In this document: piece by piece, positions 44,622 to 53,389 of the stretch | Numbering within the stretch: the stretch's first letter is position 1 | Layout: each line of letters begins with the position of its first letter | Source: an uncultured Sulfurovum sp. | GTDB taxonomy: Bacteria; Campylobacterota; Campylobacteria; Campylobacterales; Sulfurovaceae | Reading direction: 5' to 3' | Assembly: GCA_947311605.1 (NCBI GenBank) | Contig: CAMZLC010000058.1 | Span: 4,707 to 68,706, forward strand | Length of the DNA: 64,000 nt | Notes under the pieces: model-generated | Seen by the model: the letters and a program-made list of their open reading frames with translations, nothing else | Database searches by the model: none | What the model was told of the DNA's origin: nothing | Made by a program: the position numbers and the translations under genes

Positions 44622-45731
44622 CTATATGTGGCAAGCCAGGATATCTTGTGCCCTTGTTTTCCAGGTGTAATTATTCTTGAGATCATTATACGCAGTAACG
44701 GCCAACTTCGAACGAGTTCTGTCATCCTGTAATTTTTCGATTGCAACAATCCATTCCCCGATGTTTGTTGGTGAAACCAATATCGCGTTTGAATCGTTCA
44801 AAACCTCCTTCAAAACAGGAAGATCAGAACTAATTATTGCTTTTCCAGCAGCCATGTATTCAAAAATTTTCAATGGAGACATAAAGCTACTGGTGTTCTC
44901 CCCTTTATCAGAAATTTGCAAGTTTTTTTGATAAGGAGCCAGTAGAATATCGCACATACTTCGCCAATCATCGATTTTGTTTGGTTGAACAAATCCATGG
45001 AAGAATAAATTTTCAATGCGTAGTTTTTTTTGCCACAGAAGAAGGTCTTCTTCTGTACCGCCAGCTATATGAAAATCAATAGACGGAAATTCTTGCGCAA
45101 GTTGTGCAATAATCTCGATTCCACGTCCTTTATATAAATGACCTGAATAACCAACTTGCAGACAACCTTTTCGTCCCGGCCAAGGAGATACTACCATGTT
45201 AGAATTAATGAGATCTGCCCCATCATGGGCAACATGAAGAAGGTCTTCCGGCACAGCAAACTTCTGCTGATATATTGTTTTTAGTGCAGATGAAATAACA
45301 ACAATTTTAAGAAAAAATCGGCTTTTTATCAAAAAATCAAAATAATACCTGCCGGTCTTGTGCTCAAGATTCACAGGACCATGCGCTTCGAAAATAGTAG
45401 AAAAGCCAAGCCTTGTTCCCAGAAAACAGTAGGGAAGATGTCTCCCATAAACAAGATCTGGTTTAAATCTACGAATTGTCCAGGCCACCATCGCCATATT
45501 CAGTATATCTTTGCCCTTACATTGAGGATAAGCAACTTTTTTTAACGTAAAGTCAGGCCGCACGCCGTAGTAATTAAATATTTCATTTTCATCTATATCC
45601 TGTCCATTGTCCGGAGCCAGCAAACAAACAGTATGCCCGTAACTCGCAAAAGCCTGGCACATCTTCATCACATGAATACTATTAGCTGCCCGTGAAGGAA
45701 GATTAGCAAAAGAAAGATACAGAATTTTCAT
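44622..45731 (-). CDS. GT-B fold glycosyltransferase (GT4-like)
   Basis: MKILYLSFANLPSRAANSIHVMKMCQAFA, C-terminal PLKIFEYMAAGKAIISSDLPVLKEVL. The ORF-track start at 45746 is a TTG; ATG at 45731 is preferred. Confidence 0.75.
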   Translation of the reverse strand: MKILYLSFANLPSRAANSIHVMKMCQAFASYGHTVCLLAPDNGQDIDENEIFNYYGVRPDFTLKKVAYPQCKGKDILNMAMVAWTIRRFKPDLVYGRHLPYCFLGTRLGFSTIFEAHGPVNLEHKTGRYYFDFLIKSRFFLKIVVISSALKTIYQQKFAVPEDLLHVAHDGADLINSNMVVSPWPGRKGCLQVGYSGHLYKGRGIEIIAQLAQEFPSIDFHIAGGTEEDLLLWQKKLRIENLFFHGFVQPNKIDDWRSMCDILLAPYQKNLQISDKGENTSSFMSPLKIFEYMAAGKAIISSDLPVLKEVLNDSNAILVSPTNIGEWIVAIEKLQDDRTRSKLAVTAYNDLKNNYTWKTRAQDILACHI

Positions 45732-45799
45732 AAACAAAAAGAACAAGAGGAAAAATTACCGGGAAACTACTTAAGCATATACACAGATAAATATTAAGG

Positions 45800-46684
45800 T
45801 CACTTTTTATTAACAACGAGACTCCGACGCAAAAGTGACAGTTGTTCAGTCATTAAACCAAGGAAAAAGAATAACAACCCTGAAATAATACCCATCATCG
45901 AACCAACACTCACCCCTCTGCCTTCCAGCATTATCGGAATTCCCCAGCAGATACCGGAAATTACAAAAAAAAGTGCCACTGGAAAAAAGATACGCATGGG
46001 ATTAAATAAAATGACCATATTTATAATCTCCATTACCGTATCAATTGCGGTATTGATATTTATGGTACTGGTACCACCAATTCTGGCCGTTACAGTAATA
46101 GGATGTTCCACCACAAGATGACGCTGTTGGATAAAAGCGAGAGCTATAATATCACTGAATGCCATGGTATCAGGACAAAGAGCAAGATATCGCTGTACAA
46201 GATGCGTCTGATATATCTTCATTCCAGAATTGATATCTCTTATTGTAACAGGCAGCAGGACTTTTGCTATCATTCTAATAAGTGATTTTCCAATTTTTCT
46301 AAAAACATTCTCTCCGCAATACGTTCCACGATCACCAACAACAAGATCAGCATTTTGTTTTAGTATCTGTTCATAAAGAGATCTCACATCAGAAAGGGAG
46401 TGTTGGCCATCGGCATCTATGGTGATACAATAATTTGTTTCGCAACAACGGATGCCACTTTTTAACGCTCCACCATAACCTTTATTGACTTTATGGTGAA
46501 TAATTGTGACAAAAGATTCTTTTCGGTATTGTTCAATCTCACCATAAGAGCCATCCTGCGAGCCATCATCCACGACAATTAAGTAACACCCCTGGTCTTT
46601 ACAGAAAGAGATAACATCTGGTAAAAACGCCTGGAGAGATTCTTTCTCATTATAAACAGGGATTATAATGCTTAAATCATTCAT
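45800..46684 (-). CDS. GT2 polyprenyl-phosphate glycosyltransferase (GtrB/DPM1-like) with two C-terminal TM helices
   Basis: LSIIIPVYNEKESL...LIVVDDGSQDGS...TIDADGQH, then hydrophobic helices. The ORF-track start at 46693 is a TTG; ATG at 46684 is preferred. Confidence 0.8.
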   Translation of the reverse strand: MNDLSIIIPVYNEKESLQAFLPDVISFCKDQGCYLIVVDDGSQDGSYGEIEQYRKESFVTIIHHKVNKGYGGALKSGIRCCETNYCITIDADGQHSLSDVRSLYEQILKQNADLVVGDRGTYCGENVFRKIGKSLIRMIAKVLLPVTIRDINSGMKIYQTHLVQRYLALCPDTMAFSDIIALAFIQQRHLVVEHPITVTARIGGTSTININTAIDTVMEIINMVILFNPMRIFFPVALFFVISGICWGIPIMLEGRGVSVGSMMGIISGLLFFFLGLMTEQLSLLRRSLVVNKK

Positions 46685-46716
46685 GAGAACCAATTAACCT
46701 TACATGGTGAGCAATC

Positions 46717-48432
46717 TTATAATCTGGGTAACAATTGTAAAAGCATTATTGTATTTGATTTATCTGGAATTATTCTATATAAATTCATAACATTGGAGTA
46801 AGTGTCAAGATATGTTTGAATCTCTGTTTTTGTTACAAGAATAACGTTTACCCGATCTCCAATGGCTTTCATGAAATTGGCAGAATACGAAAAGCTGTTC
46901 TCGGGCATAGATTTGTCGAAATATACATTAAACATCCAATAACATGACAATACTCCCCTTCCTAACATTTTATAGTCATCATAAATTCTTTTTGAAACAA
47001 AAACTGCCTGTTCAGGGGAAACTGTTTGGAGAACATTCTCAAATTCTCGATATGGTGTGAATCGATAATTACTCTGTGATTGGGCCTGATGGGTAACCAG
47101 TCGTTTTACGTTTCTTCCTACAGGTACAGCCAGTAGAGTGAGTAGGATGCATATAACGGCTACCTGCACCCCCTTCTGCTTTGACCACATTGCAATAAGA
47201 ATCATCATCCCTCCCAAACTCAATGGCGCAATGACAACTGAATAGGTAGTCAAAAAAGACCAGCCACTCGACAATGTATTTCTGGAAACGATCCAACATC
47301 CAAGGAGATACATAAGGTATATTCCAATGGAAACTATAATTGCATTTTGTTGAACAGAATATGTTTTTGATTTTATGTAATTATTATTAAATAAGTCTTG
47401 GCAAAAAATTTGAGGCGCCCATATGCAAAGTAGCGGGAGAACTAAAAAAAAGTATCTAGGTTCAGTGTGAAACCGACCATTCACTAACAATAAGGTAAGC
47501 GTGAAGATAACAACAAAAGGCAAACACCACAAAACACGAATCATAAAAGGCTTTTCCCGGCCAATATATTCCAGAGGCAGTGTCAACATGTATAAGAGGA
47601 ATGGTAATAATACAAAAGTACTGTTTGCATACTCTAGCCATGAATTGGAATTCCGTTTGAATTCACCAAAATTAAATAAAAATAATGCCTGGATATTAGC
47701 AAGTCGTAATTGAAAAAAGAAGTCACGTAGATAACAATAGTCCAGTATAGCCAGAATCAATCCACCTGCAAACATACCGCTGAAAATATAGCAAATGTCT
47801 ATTAAGCCTTTACCTGGCATGAACTTTTTTTCATCCCGAAACAGTAAACCTATTACAAGAAATGATAAACATACCCCAATTTCTTTTGTTTTTACCGATA
47901 AAAAGAGAATAACTCCAAACACCACAAAAGTGAGTACTCTACTTGTCCACACCTTGCAGGCATATAAATTATAAACAGTTACCCCTAGCAACACCATCGT
48001 CATAAGAGTTACGTCAACGTAGGTCACACCGGCAAAGTCAAACAACGCGGGCTGACTGAGAAAGAACATGACCGCAATTAATGCGTGTACAATGGATCGG
48101 GATAACAGATAAGAATTTACAATGATAAGAGTAATGGTTAGGGAAATTAAAAAACTCCAGAAACCAATCGTGCCAGCGAGCGAACTGCCGAATAAAAAAA
48201 AGAAAAAACGCTGTAGATAAATATGAAAATAACGATTTAGAATAAATGGATTTTGTTCGGGATTAAGAGAAAGGTTCATGTACAAAAGCTCATCCCATGT
48301 CAAAGATCCGCCAGAACAATAGAAAAACAATAACCAGATTAAACCAAAAAAAAATGCTAAAAGAAGTAAACTATTTCTGCCAGCAAACTGCTGGATCATA
48401 GGTTTATTCCTACTTTCGATAGTATTCAACAT
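46717..48432 (-). CDS. GT-C-like polytopic membrane glycosyltransferase (PMT_2/ArnT-like)
   Basis: More than 10 helices. First-loop motif SLTWDELLYMN. Lies directly downstream of a polyprenyl-phosphate GT2. Confidence 0.55.
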   Translation of the reverse strand: MLNTIESRNKPMIQQFAGRNSLLLLAFFFGLIWLLFFYCSGGSLTWDELLYMNLSLNPEQNPFILNRYFHIYLQRFFFFLFGSSLAGTIGFWSFLISLTITLIIVNSYLLSRSIVHALIAVMFFLSQPALFDFAGVTYVDVTLMTMVLLGVTVYNLYACKVWTSRVLTFVVFGVILFLSVKTKEIGVCLSFLVIGLLFRDEKKFMPGKGLIDICYIFSGMFAGGLILAILDYCYLRDFFFQLRLANIQALFLFNFGEFKRNSNSWLEYANSTFVLLPFLLYMLTLPLEYIGREKPFMIRVLWCLPFVVIFTLTLLLVNGRFHTEPRYFFLVLPLLCIWAPQIFCQDLFNNNYIKSKTYSVQQNAIIVSIGIYLMYLLGCWIVSRNTLSSGWSFLTTYSVVIAPLSLGGMMILIAMWSKQKGVQVAVICILLTLLAVPVGRNVKRLVTHQAQSQSNYRFTPYREFENVLQTVSPEQAVFVSKRIYDDYKMLGRGVLSCYWMFNVYFDKSMPENSFSYSANFMKAIGDRVNVILVTKTEIQTYLDTYSNVMNLYRIIPDKSNTIMLLQLLPRL

Positions 48433-48456
48433 TCCAGTTTTAATAAAACCATTACT

Positions 48457-49152
48457 TTAAACTTCATATATTCGATCTCCAATTTGTTTTTTATCTAAGA
48501 TATCGAATGTATTGTCTCTCTCATCTTGTATCTTTCCTGTACACTTTATATATGCATGCTTATTTGTTCCTGATTTTTTGCAAGTTAGACTTTCAAACTT
48601 GCTTAACAGGAACGAAAGAGACAGAAATGGCTTACTCCCTGCGATTGGATGATCTCCTAAAAAACCTTCTTTTTCCCAAATTGATTCATACTTATAAGAA
48701 ATAAAATTTTGGTAATACGTTATCTTTATATCAGAAAAATATTTTTCTAATATATGAATAGCCTTTTGAAAAAATGCGTCATTATCAATTTCTACGAGAA
48801 AACAGCCTTTTTTGTTTACAAGCTGGCTGAGTTTTTCAATGGCAATTGCTCGTTGTTCGAAATCCAAATGGCATAATGTGTTGGTACTGACGACTAGATC
48901 CACGCTATTCGATGGCAGATCGAATTCAGTGAGGCTTCCGTTCAATCCCACAGCATTCGGACAAAGGGCAGTGCCAGATTTCAACGCATCAAAAGAGATG
49001 TCCAAGCCAAAATATTGTTTTGTCTTAAAATATGGATAGCTTTTAAAAGCGGCTGATGCAGCATCAAGACCAATACCATCAGTTAATTGCGATAAGTCTC
49101 GGTCAAGTAATGACCAGAGAAATGTTTTGGAGGGGCGAACAGCAAGTCTCAT
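48457..49152 (-). CDS. Probable class I SAM-dependent methyltransferase (divergent motif I)
   Basis: YFGLDIS, VDLVVSTNTLCHL, LVNKKGCFLVEI. ATGA overlap with the upstream gene. Confidence 0.55.
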   Translation of the reverse strand: MRLAVRPSKTFLWSLLDRDLSQLTDGIGLDAASAAFKSYPYFKTKQYFGLDISFDALKSGTALCPNAVGLNGSLTEFDLPSNSVDLVVSTNTLCHLDFEQRAIAIEKLSQLVNKKGCFLVEIDNDAFFQKAIHILEKYFSDIKITYYQNFISYKYESIWEKEGFLGDHPIAGSKPFLSLSFLLSKFESLTCKKSGTNKHAYIKCTGKIQDERDNTFDILDKKQIGDRIYEV

Positions 49153-50444
49153 ATTTCTTCCTTAATAATTTTTAATTGTGACAAAAAGAAATTTGAATAA
49201 TAGCCTAAAACATCCACTCCTTTCGGTTCCACATAGGATCTCAAGCAATTTGTTCTTTCTTCTTTACTATATGTCCGGCACGTTTTATTGATAATCAACT
49301 GCCACATAAAGTGGCACAATTCTTCCTGGCAAATCACCGCCCACTCTTTCATTACCTGTTCGTGCACCATCCTATCCTGAGTTGCCCTTTTCAGAAAAAT
49401 AACAGGCTTATCTCTTCTTATACTTTCAAGCACGATGGAACTGTGTGTGAAAAAAGTCACGTCAGCCCACTCTATTAAATTGGGAGAAGGAATATCATTA
49501 CCAACTACCCTGATATTGTTTTTTCCACTAAAGTCATATTGCTCTCCCCTGGTATGAGATTTAATAAGCAAAAAGGTATCAGGAAAAGCAGCAATGTATG
49601 AAATAATTCTATCAAGTTCTTCTTTATATAACCTTCCATCTGGCTTCGTAGCCATCAAAACAATCTTCAAAACTTTTGGGGATAGTACCGGAAGTGGAAT
49701 ATCTGGAAGAATGTTTTTTTGCTTTAATATCCACTCCTTGCTAAACCTCACACTACCTAGGACTAAAGACTGCTTCTTTTCACTTAATCCCTGAGCAATC
49801 CCTGTATCGGCTTGCGATTGATTGGCATACAGAACGTAATCTGTTTGTAATTGAGGTAATGCCCTATGAGTTAAAGAAATTTCATCATTAGGATCCCAAT
49901 TCCTGCTACTACATGCGGTTCCTATGCCCGGTCCATGCGGAACAGCAACAGTAAGGTATCCTGCTGTTTTAGCGTAATTGATAAAGCTGTCATATTTCTT
50001 ATTCAGCTGATGATCAGTAACCAGTATTCCCGATGTTTGGCTAAATACTTTATCAAAAAACAATTCAGGCAATAAATCCTTATAGAACAATTCGAGTTTG
50101 TGCTGTACCTTTTTCCAGTATAATCTATAAGAGAGACTGGAATAAACCCTGGAGAATATATTCACTCCAGAATTTTTTGTTCCTCTTGACCGGGAAAAAA
50201 GCGCTGTATTGATACCGCAAAGATCAGCGATATGTATAATTCTGATACCAAGGGACGATAAAAACTGAACTCTGTAGTCAGTGTGGTAATCTTCAGTTAG
50301 GTTAAAGATAACACATGTCACCTTAACCCTACTGTCATCATTACTTATCCTGTAAATAATAGGAACCATATGATCGATATCATTATAGCTCCAGAAACAG
50401 AAGACAATATCTGAACGCAACAATTCCTTTGAATTTTCACACAT
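49149..50444 (-). CDS. Hypothetical protein, possibly a GT-B/TagF- or KpsS-like transferase
   Basis: No clear motif. The C-terminal pattern LIKSHTRGEQ...IRVVGNDIPSPNLIEWADVTFFTHSSIVLESIRRDKPVIFL resembles the C-domain of CDP-glycerol or capsule-type transferases. Confidence 0.35.
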   Translation of the reverse strand: MCENSKELLRSDIVFCFWSYNDIDHMVPIIYRISNDDSRVKVTCVIFNLTEDYHTDYRVQFLSSLGIRIIHIADLCGINTALFSRSRGTKNSGVNIFSRVYSSLSYRLYWKKVQHKLELFYKDLLPELFFDKVFSQTSGILVTDHQLNKKYDSFINYAKTAGYLTVAVPHGPGIGTACSSRNWDPNDEISLTHRALPQLQTDYVLYANQSQADTGIAQGLSEKKQSLVLGSVRFSKEWILKQKNILPDIPLPVLSPKVLKIVLMATKPDGRLYKEELDRIISYIAAFPDTFLLIKSHTRGEQYDFSGKNNIRVVGNDIPSPNLIEWADVTFFTHSSIVLESIRRDKPVIFLKRATQDRMVHEQVMKEWAVICQEELCHFMWQLIINKTCRTYSKEERTNCLRSYVEPKGVDVLGYYSNFFLSQLKIIKEEI

Positions 50445-50464
50445 TGAAGCAGTAAAGATGTGTT

Positions 50465-51616
50465 CTATTGGGTTGTAATTCTATCTCTGTCAATTTCTAT
50501 GCCAAGCCCCGGTTTATCATTCATATGGAAAAAGCCATCTATGGGGACGAAAGGTTCAATTACAAGGTGGCTCCGCAAAGGATTACAAGTCGTGTTGCTT
50601 TCTACCATAACACAAGAAACTGAAGAGGCCGCTAAATGTAAATTAGCCGCACAATTGATGTCATTCGTCCAATTATGAAGGATGCAGCCCTTTCCCTCCT
50701 GCTGTGCACATTGTAATACATGCTTTGCTTCAGTCATTCCTGCAAGATTACAGTCAGGTTGCAAAATATCTAACGCTGGCAACCATTCCAGAAACTGATG
50801 CCTACTGACAAAACATTCCCCACCAGCAATCGGTACGGGTGAACGTTGAATCAACTGAACATAATCAACCAAAATTCTGGGAATAGGTTCTTCAATGAAA
50901 AGCAAATCCAAATCTTCTACTCGTATGGCAAAATCAAGAGCATCATCAACTGTGACCAAACGACAGCCAAGATCTACCATTAGATCCATACCACTACCAA
51001 CTGCCAGTCGAACATCCTCAAGGATTTTCACCATACCAGGAATATCTACTTTAGGAGGATGCTTATTTCGTTCAAAATGAGATGCTGTTACAGGAGTTTG
51101 CGGTCGCAGTTTCCAGGCAGTATAACCTTGTTCTTTGGCAAGTATGGCTTCCTCCACAAAAAGTTCGGTTGGTTCATGCTCATAATACATACCCCCACTG
51201 GCATAGGCACGTATCTTAGTTTTCACCTCTCCTGTTTGATTGATGAGCCGATAAACAGGAATTCCTACAGATTTACCGACAATATCCCATAAAGCCTGTG
51301 AAATTCCTGCTAAAGCTGCCTGTCGTGGGGTGTTTCCATATGCTGGAATTCCGAGATTCTCTAGCTGTACGGTTAACAATGAAACCTGAAAGGGATCTTT
51401 ACCAATAAATATATTCTTCAGAAGATCAGCAATTTCCTTTTGAATATCCTCGAGTTTACCTCCGTATGGCCCAGGCTCTCCAAATCCGATAATGCCTTCA
51501 TCGGTATGGATTTCAAGAAATATTGCACCATCTGCGACATACGACGCAGTTGGATGTGGGTAACTTACAGGTAAACCCGCTCTTATGACAAATGATTTAA
51601 TATCAGTGATTTTCAT
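50465..51616 (-). CDS. Enolase-superfamily enzyme (mandelate racemase/muconate lactonizing subgroup; acid-sugar dehydratase-like)
   Basis: Metal ligands are placed as expected: LMVDLG (Asp), LFIEEP (Glu), IAGGE (Glu). A QPD...HNW Asp/His dyad is present. N-terminal capping domain IIGFGEP. Confidence 0.8.
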   Translation of the reverse strand: MKITDIKSFVIRAGLPVSYPHPTASYVADGAIFLEIHTDEGIIGFGEPGPYGGKLEDIQKEIADLLKNIFIGKDPFQVSLLTVQLENLGIPAYGNTPRQAALAGISQALWDIVGKSVGIPVYRLINQTGEVKTKIRAYASGGMYYEHEPTELFVEEAILAKEQGYTAWKLRPQTPVTASHFERNKHPPKVDIPGMVKILEDVRLAVGSGMDLMVDLGCRLVTVDDALDFAIRVEDLDLLFIEEPIPRILVDYVQLIQRSPVPIAGGECFVSRHQFLEWLPALDILQPDCNLAGMTEAKHVLQCAQQEGKGCILHNWTNDINCAANLHLAASSVSCVMVESNTTCNPLRSHLVIEPFVPIDGFFHMNDKPGLGIEIDRDRITTQ

Positions 51617-51660
51617 AAATGGCTATACTCAGGTAGATTTAGGAGGTTCCGAAACTACAT

Positions 51661-52398
51661 TCATTGCTGTAAATACAAAAACTCTGCTATCTGAAAATCC
51701 AGTTCAGAATCTATATCCACGGCCTCAATTTCAGGAAGAACAACAGCCTTAGATTGTTGCCCCAGCCAGTGCCCCTTAGGACAACCACCCTCCATAAGCC
51801 TGCCACCACGTAAGTAAAAACCACCAGTAATATAAAAAGCCTCCTTTCTATCCTGTCGTCTCTTAACTTTTTCAGAATTTGCAGAGCATGTGGGGCAGAA
51901 TGATGACAAAGATCCGTCCTTGGCAATGCTTTTAGCAATATATGGATGCCCCTGAGTAAATTGAGCGATGGTACAAACACTATCACAACCACTATTAATC
52001 ATGATTTGAATAGCTTTTTCCATAGATTCTTTAGATAAAAAAGGTGCTGTGGGCTGAAGCGATATTATCGCATCATATTTTACCCCTTTGTCCAAATAGA
52101 ATTTATACGAATGGTATATCACCTGGGCAAGCTGTGCGGTATCACTTGCAAGTTCAGGCGGGCGTATAAAAGGTACTTCGATACCAGCCTTTTTAGCAAT
52201 AGCCATCAATTCCTGATCTTCTGTGGAAATAATAACCTTATCTATCGCATGAACCTGATGGGCAGTATGCGCAATATGGGCGATAAGCGGCTTGTCTCCA
52301 AGAGTACGTAGATTTTTTCTTGGAACACCTTTTGAGCCACCTCTAGCAGGTATTACTGCAAGAACCTTAAAACTGTTATCTGACTTGGAATCATTCAT
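51661..52398 (-). CDS. Acylneuraminate/Kdo-type cytidylyltransferase (CMP-sugar synthetase, NeuA/KdsB superfamily)
   Basis: LAVIPARGGSKGVPRKNLRTLGDKPLIAH, STEDQE, IRPPELASDTA, SLQPTAPF. Confidence 0.85.
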   Translation of the reverse strand: MNDSKSDNSFKVLAVIPARGGSKGVPRKNLRTLGDKPLIAHIAHTAHQVHAIDKVIISTEDQELMAIAKKAGIEVPFIRPPELASDTAQLAQVIYHSYKFYLDKGVKYDAIISLQPTAPFLSKESMEKAIQIMINSGCDSVCTIAQFTQGHPYIAKSIAKDGSLSSFCPTCSANSEKVKRRQDRKEAFYITGGFYLRGGRLMEGGCPKGHWLGQQSKAVVLPEIEAVDIDSELDFQIAEFLYLQQ

Positions 52399-53357
52399 AT
52401 CTTCGTTGTAATGCCTGTTTCTGTCACTGCTTCCAAAATGATTTTTTTATGATGATCACTCAACTGTTCACCTGGGATTCTCACAGGTCCAGATGGAAGT
52501 CCAACTATCCTCATAACTTCTTTAAATCCACGATATCCAGTTAAGCGAATAACATTTGCCAATGGCCATTCCTTATTCACCAAATCAATTGCTTTTTCGT
52601 AAGAGCCCTCTTTTACAAAATTGAAAAAGTTTTCTTCATGGTCAGGATCAAACCATGCATAGTTGGTATGCCTAGCGGATGCCCCCCATATCAATGACCA
52701 CAGTTGTAAGGGCTTATGCAGGCCATCATAGCTGGCAACTTTCTGACCAAGCGTACTATAAATCGCCTGCCTGGCACATGGGTCAGCCATATGGATTTTT
52801 AAGCAGACAATATTTTCAATTTGTGAAATTCTTTCTAAAGCATCATAGGAAAGACCGAGACCATTCCCAAAAAGCTTATCATGAAAAACCAGAGGTGCAC
52901 CTGTATCAACCGCAAACTTTTCCATATAATCAACATAATAATCATCGTGTCTATCTGCAGAATATCCTGATCGCAAATACTTGCAGTTAAAGAAGGTGCT
53001 GCCTTCTTTAATGGGAACGGGCATTACAACAATGGCGGTAGCCCCAGCATCATAAAGCATTTTAGCCTCAGTAGTCTGTTCTTCCCCCCATCCCCCACCA
53101 ACAGCTTGAGCTAAAACGATTCCATTGTCACCAACCGCCAAAGACACTGTTTTGGTTACTTCAATCCGTTCACTTAAAGTCATAAATCCAAATTCTGAAG
53201 CAGAATGCGCCAGATAAAAGACCTTCATATTATGCTCTAAAAGAAAAGAAATGTGATCACGATATCCCTGTAAATTTACAGACAGATCTTTATTAAATTG
53301 ACCAGGTACAGGCACAACATTGCCGATAATTTTATTTCCAACAGTTTGAAAGTCCAT
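52395..53357 (-). CDS. DapA/NanA-family class I (Schiff-base) aldolase-like protein
   Basis: GNVVPVPGQF..., HSASEFGFMTLSERIEV (GxxGE..Ls..Er block), and VCLKIHM as the candidate Schiff-base Lys. ATGA overlap with the next gene. Confidence 0.65.
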   Translation of the reverse strand: MDFQTVGNKIIGNVVPVPGQFNKDLSVNLQGYRDHISFLLEHNMKVFYLAHSASEFGFMTLSERIEVTKTVSLAVGDNGIVLAQAVGGGWGEEQTTEAKMLYDAGATAIVVMPVPIKEGSTFFNCKYLRSGYSADRHDDYYVDYMEKFAVDTGAPLVFHDKLFGNGLGLSYDALERISQIENIVCLKIHMADPCARQAIYSTLGQKVASYDGLHKPLQLWSLIWGASARHTNYAWFDPDHEENFFNFVKEGSYEKAIDLVNKEWPLANVIRLTGYRGFKEVMRIVGLPSGPVRIPGEQLSDHHKKIILEAVTETGITTKI

Positions 53358-53389
53358 AATGTATCGATAGATTAAAAGTTATAGTTCCG

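Noticed and set aside
52395-53357. Reading the DapA-like gene as lysine-pathway dihydrodipicolinate synthase
   Set aside because: It is ATGA-coupled to a CMP-sugar synthetase and has no dapB or other lysine genes nearby. The family also includes NanA and KDG-type aldolases acting on 2-keto-3-deoxy acids, which fits the context better.
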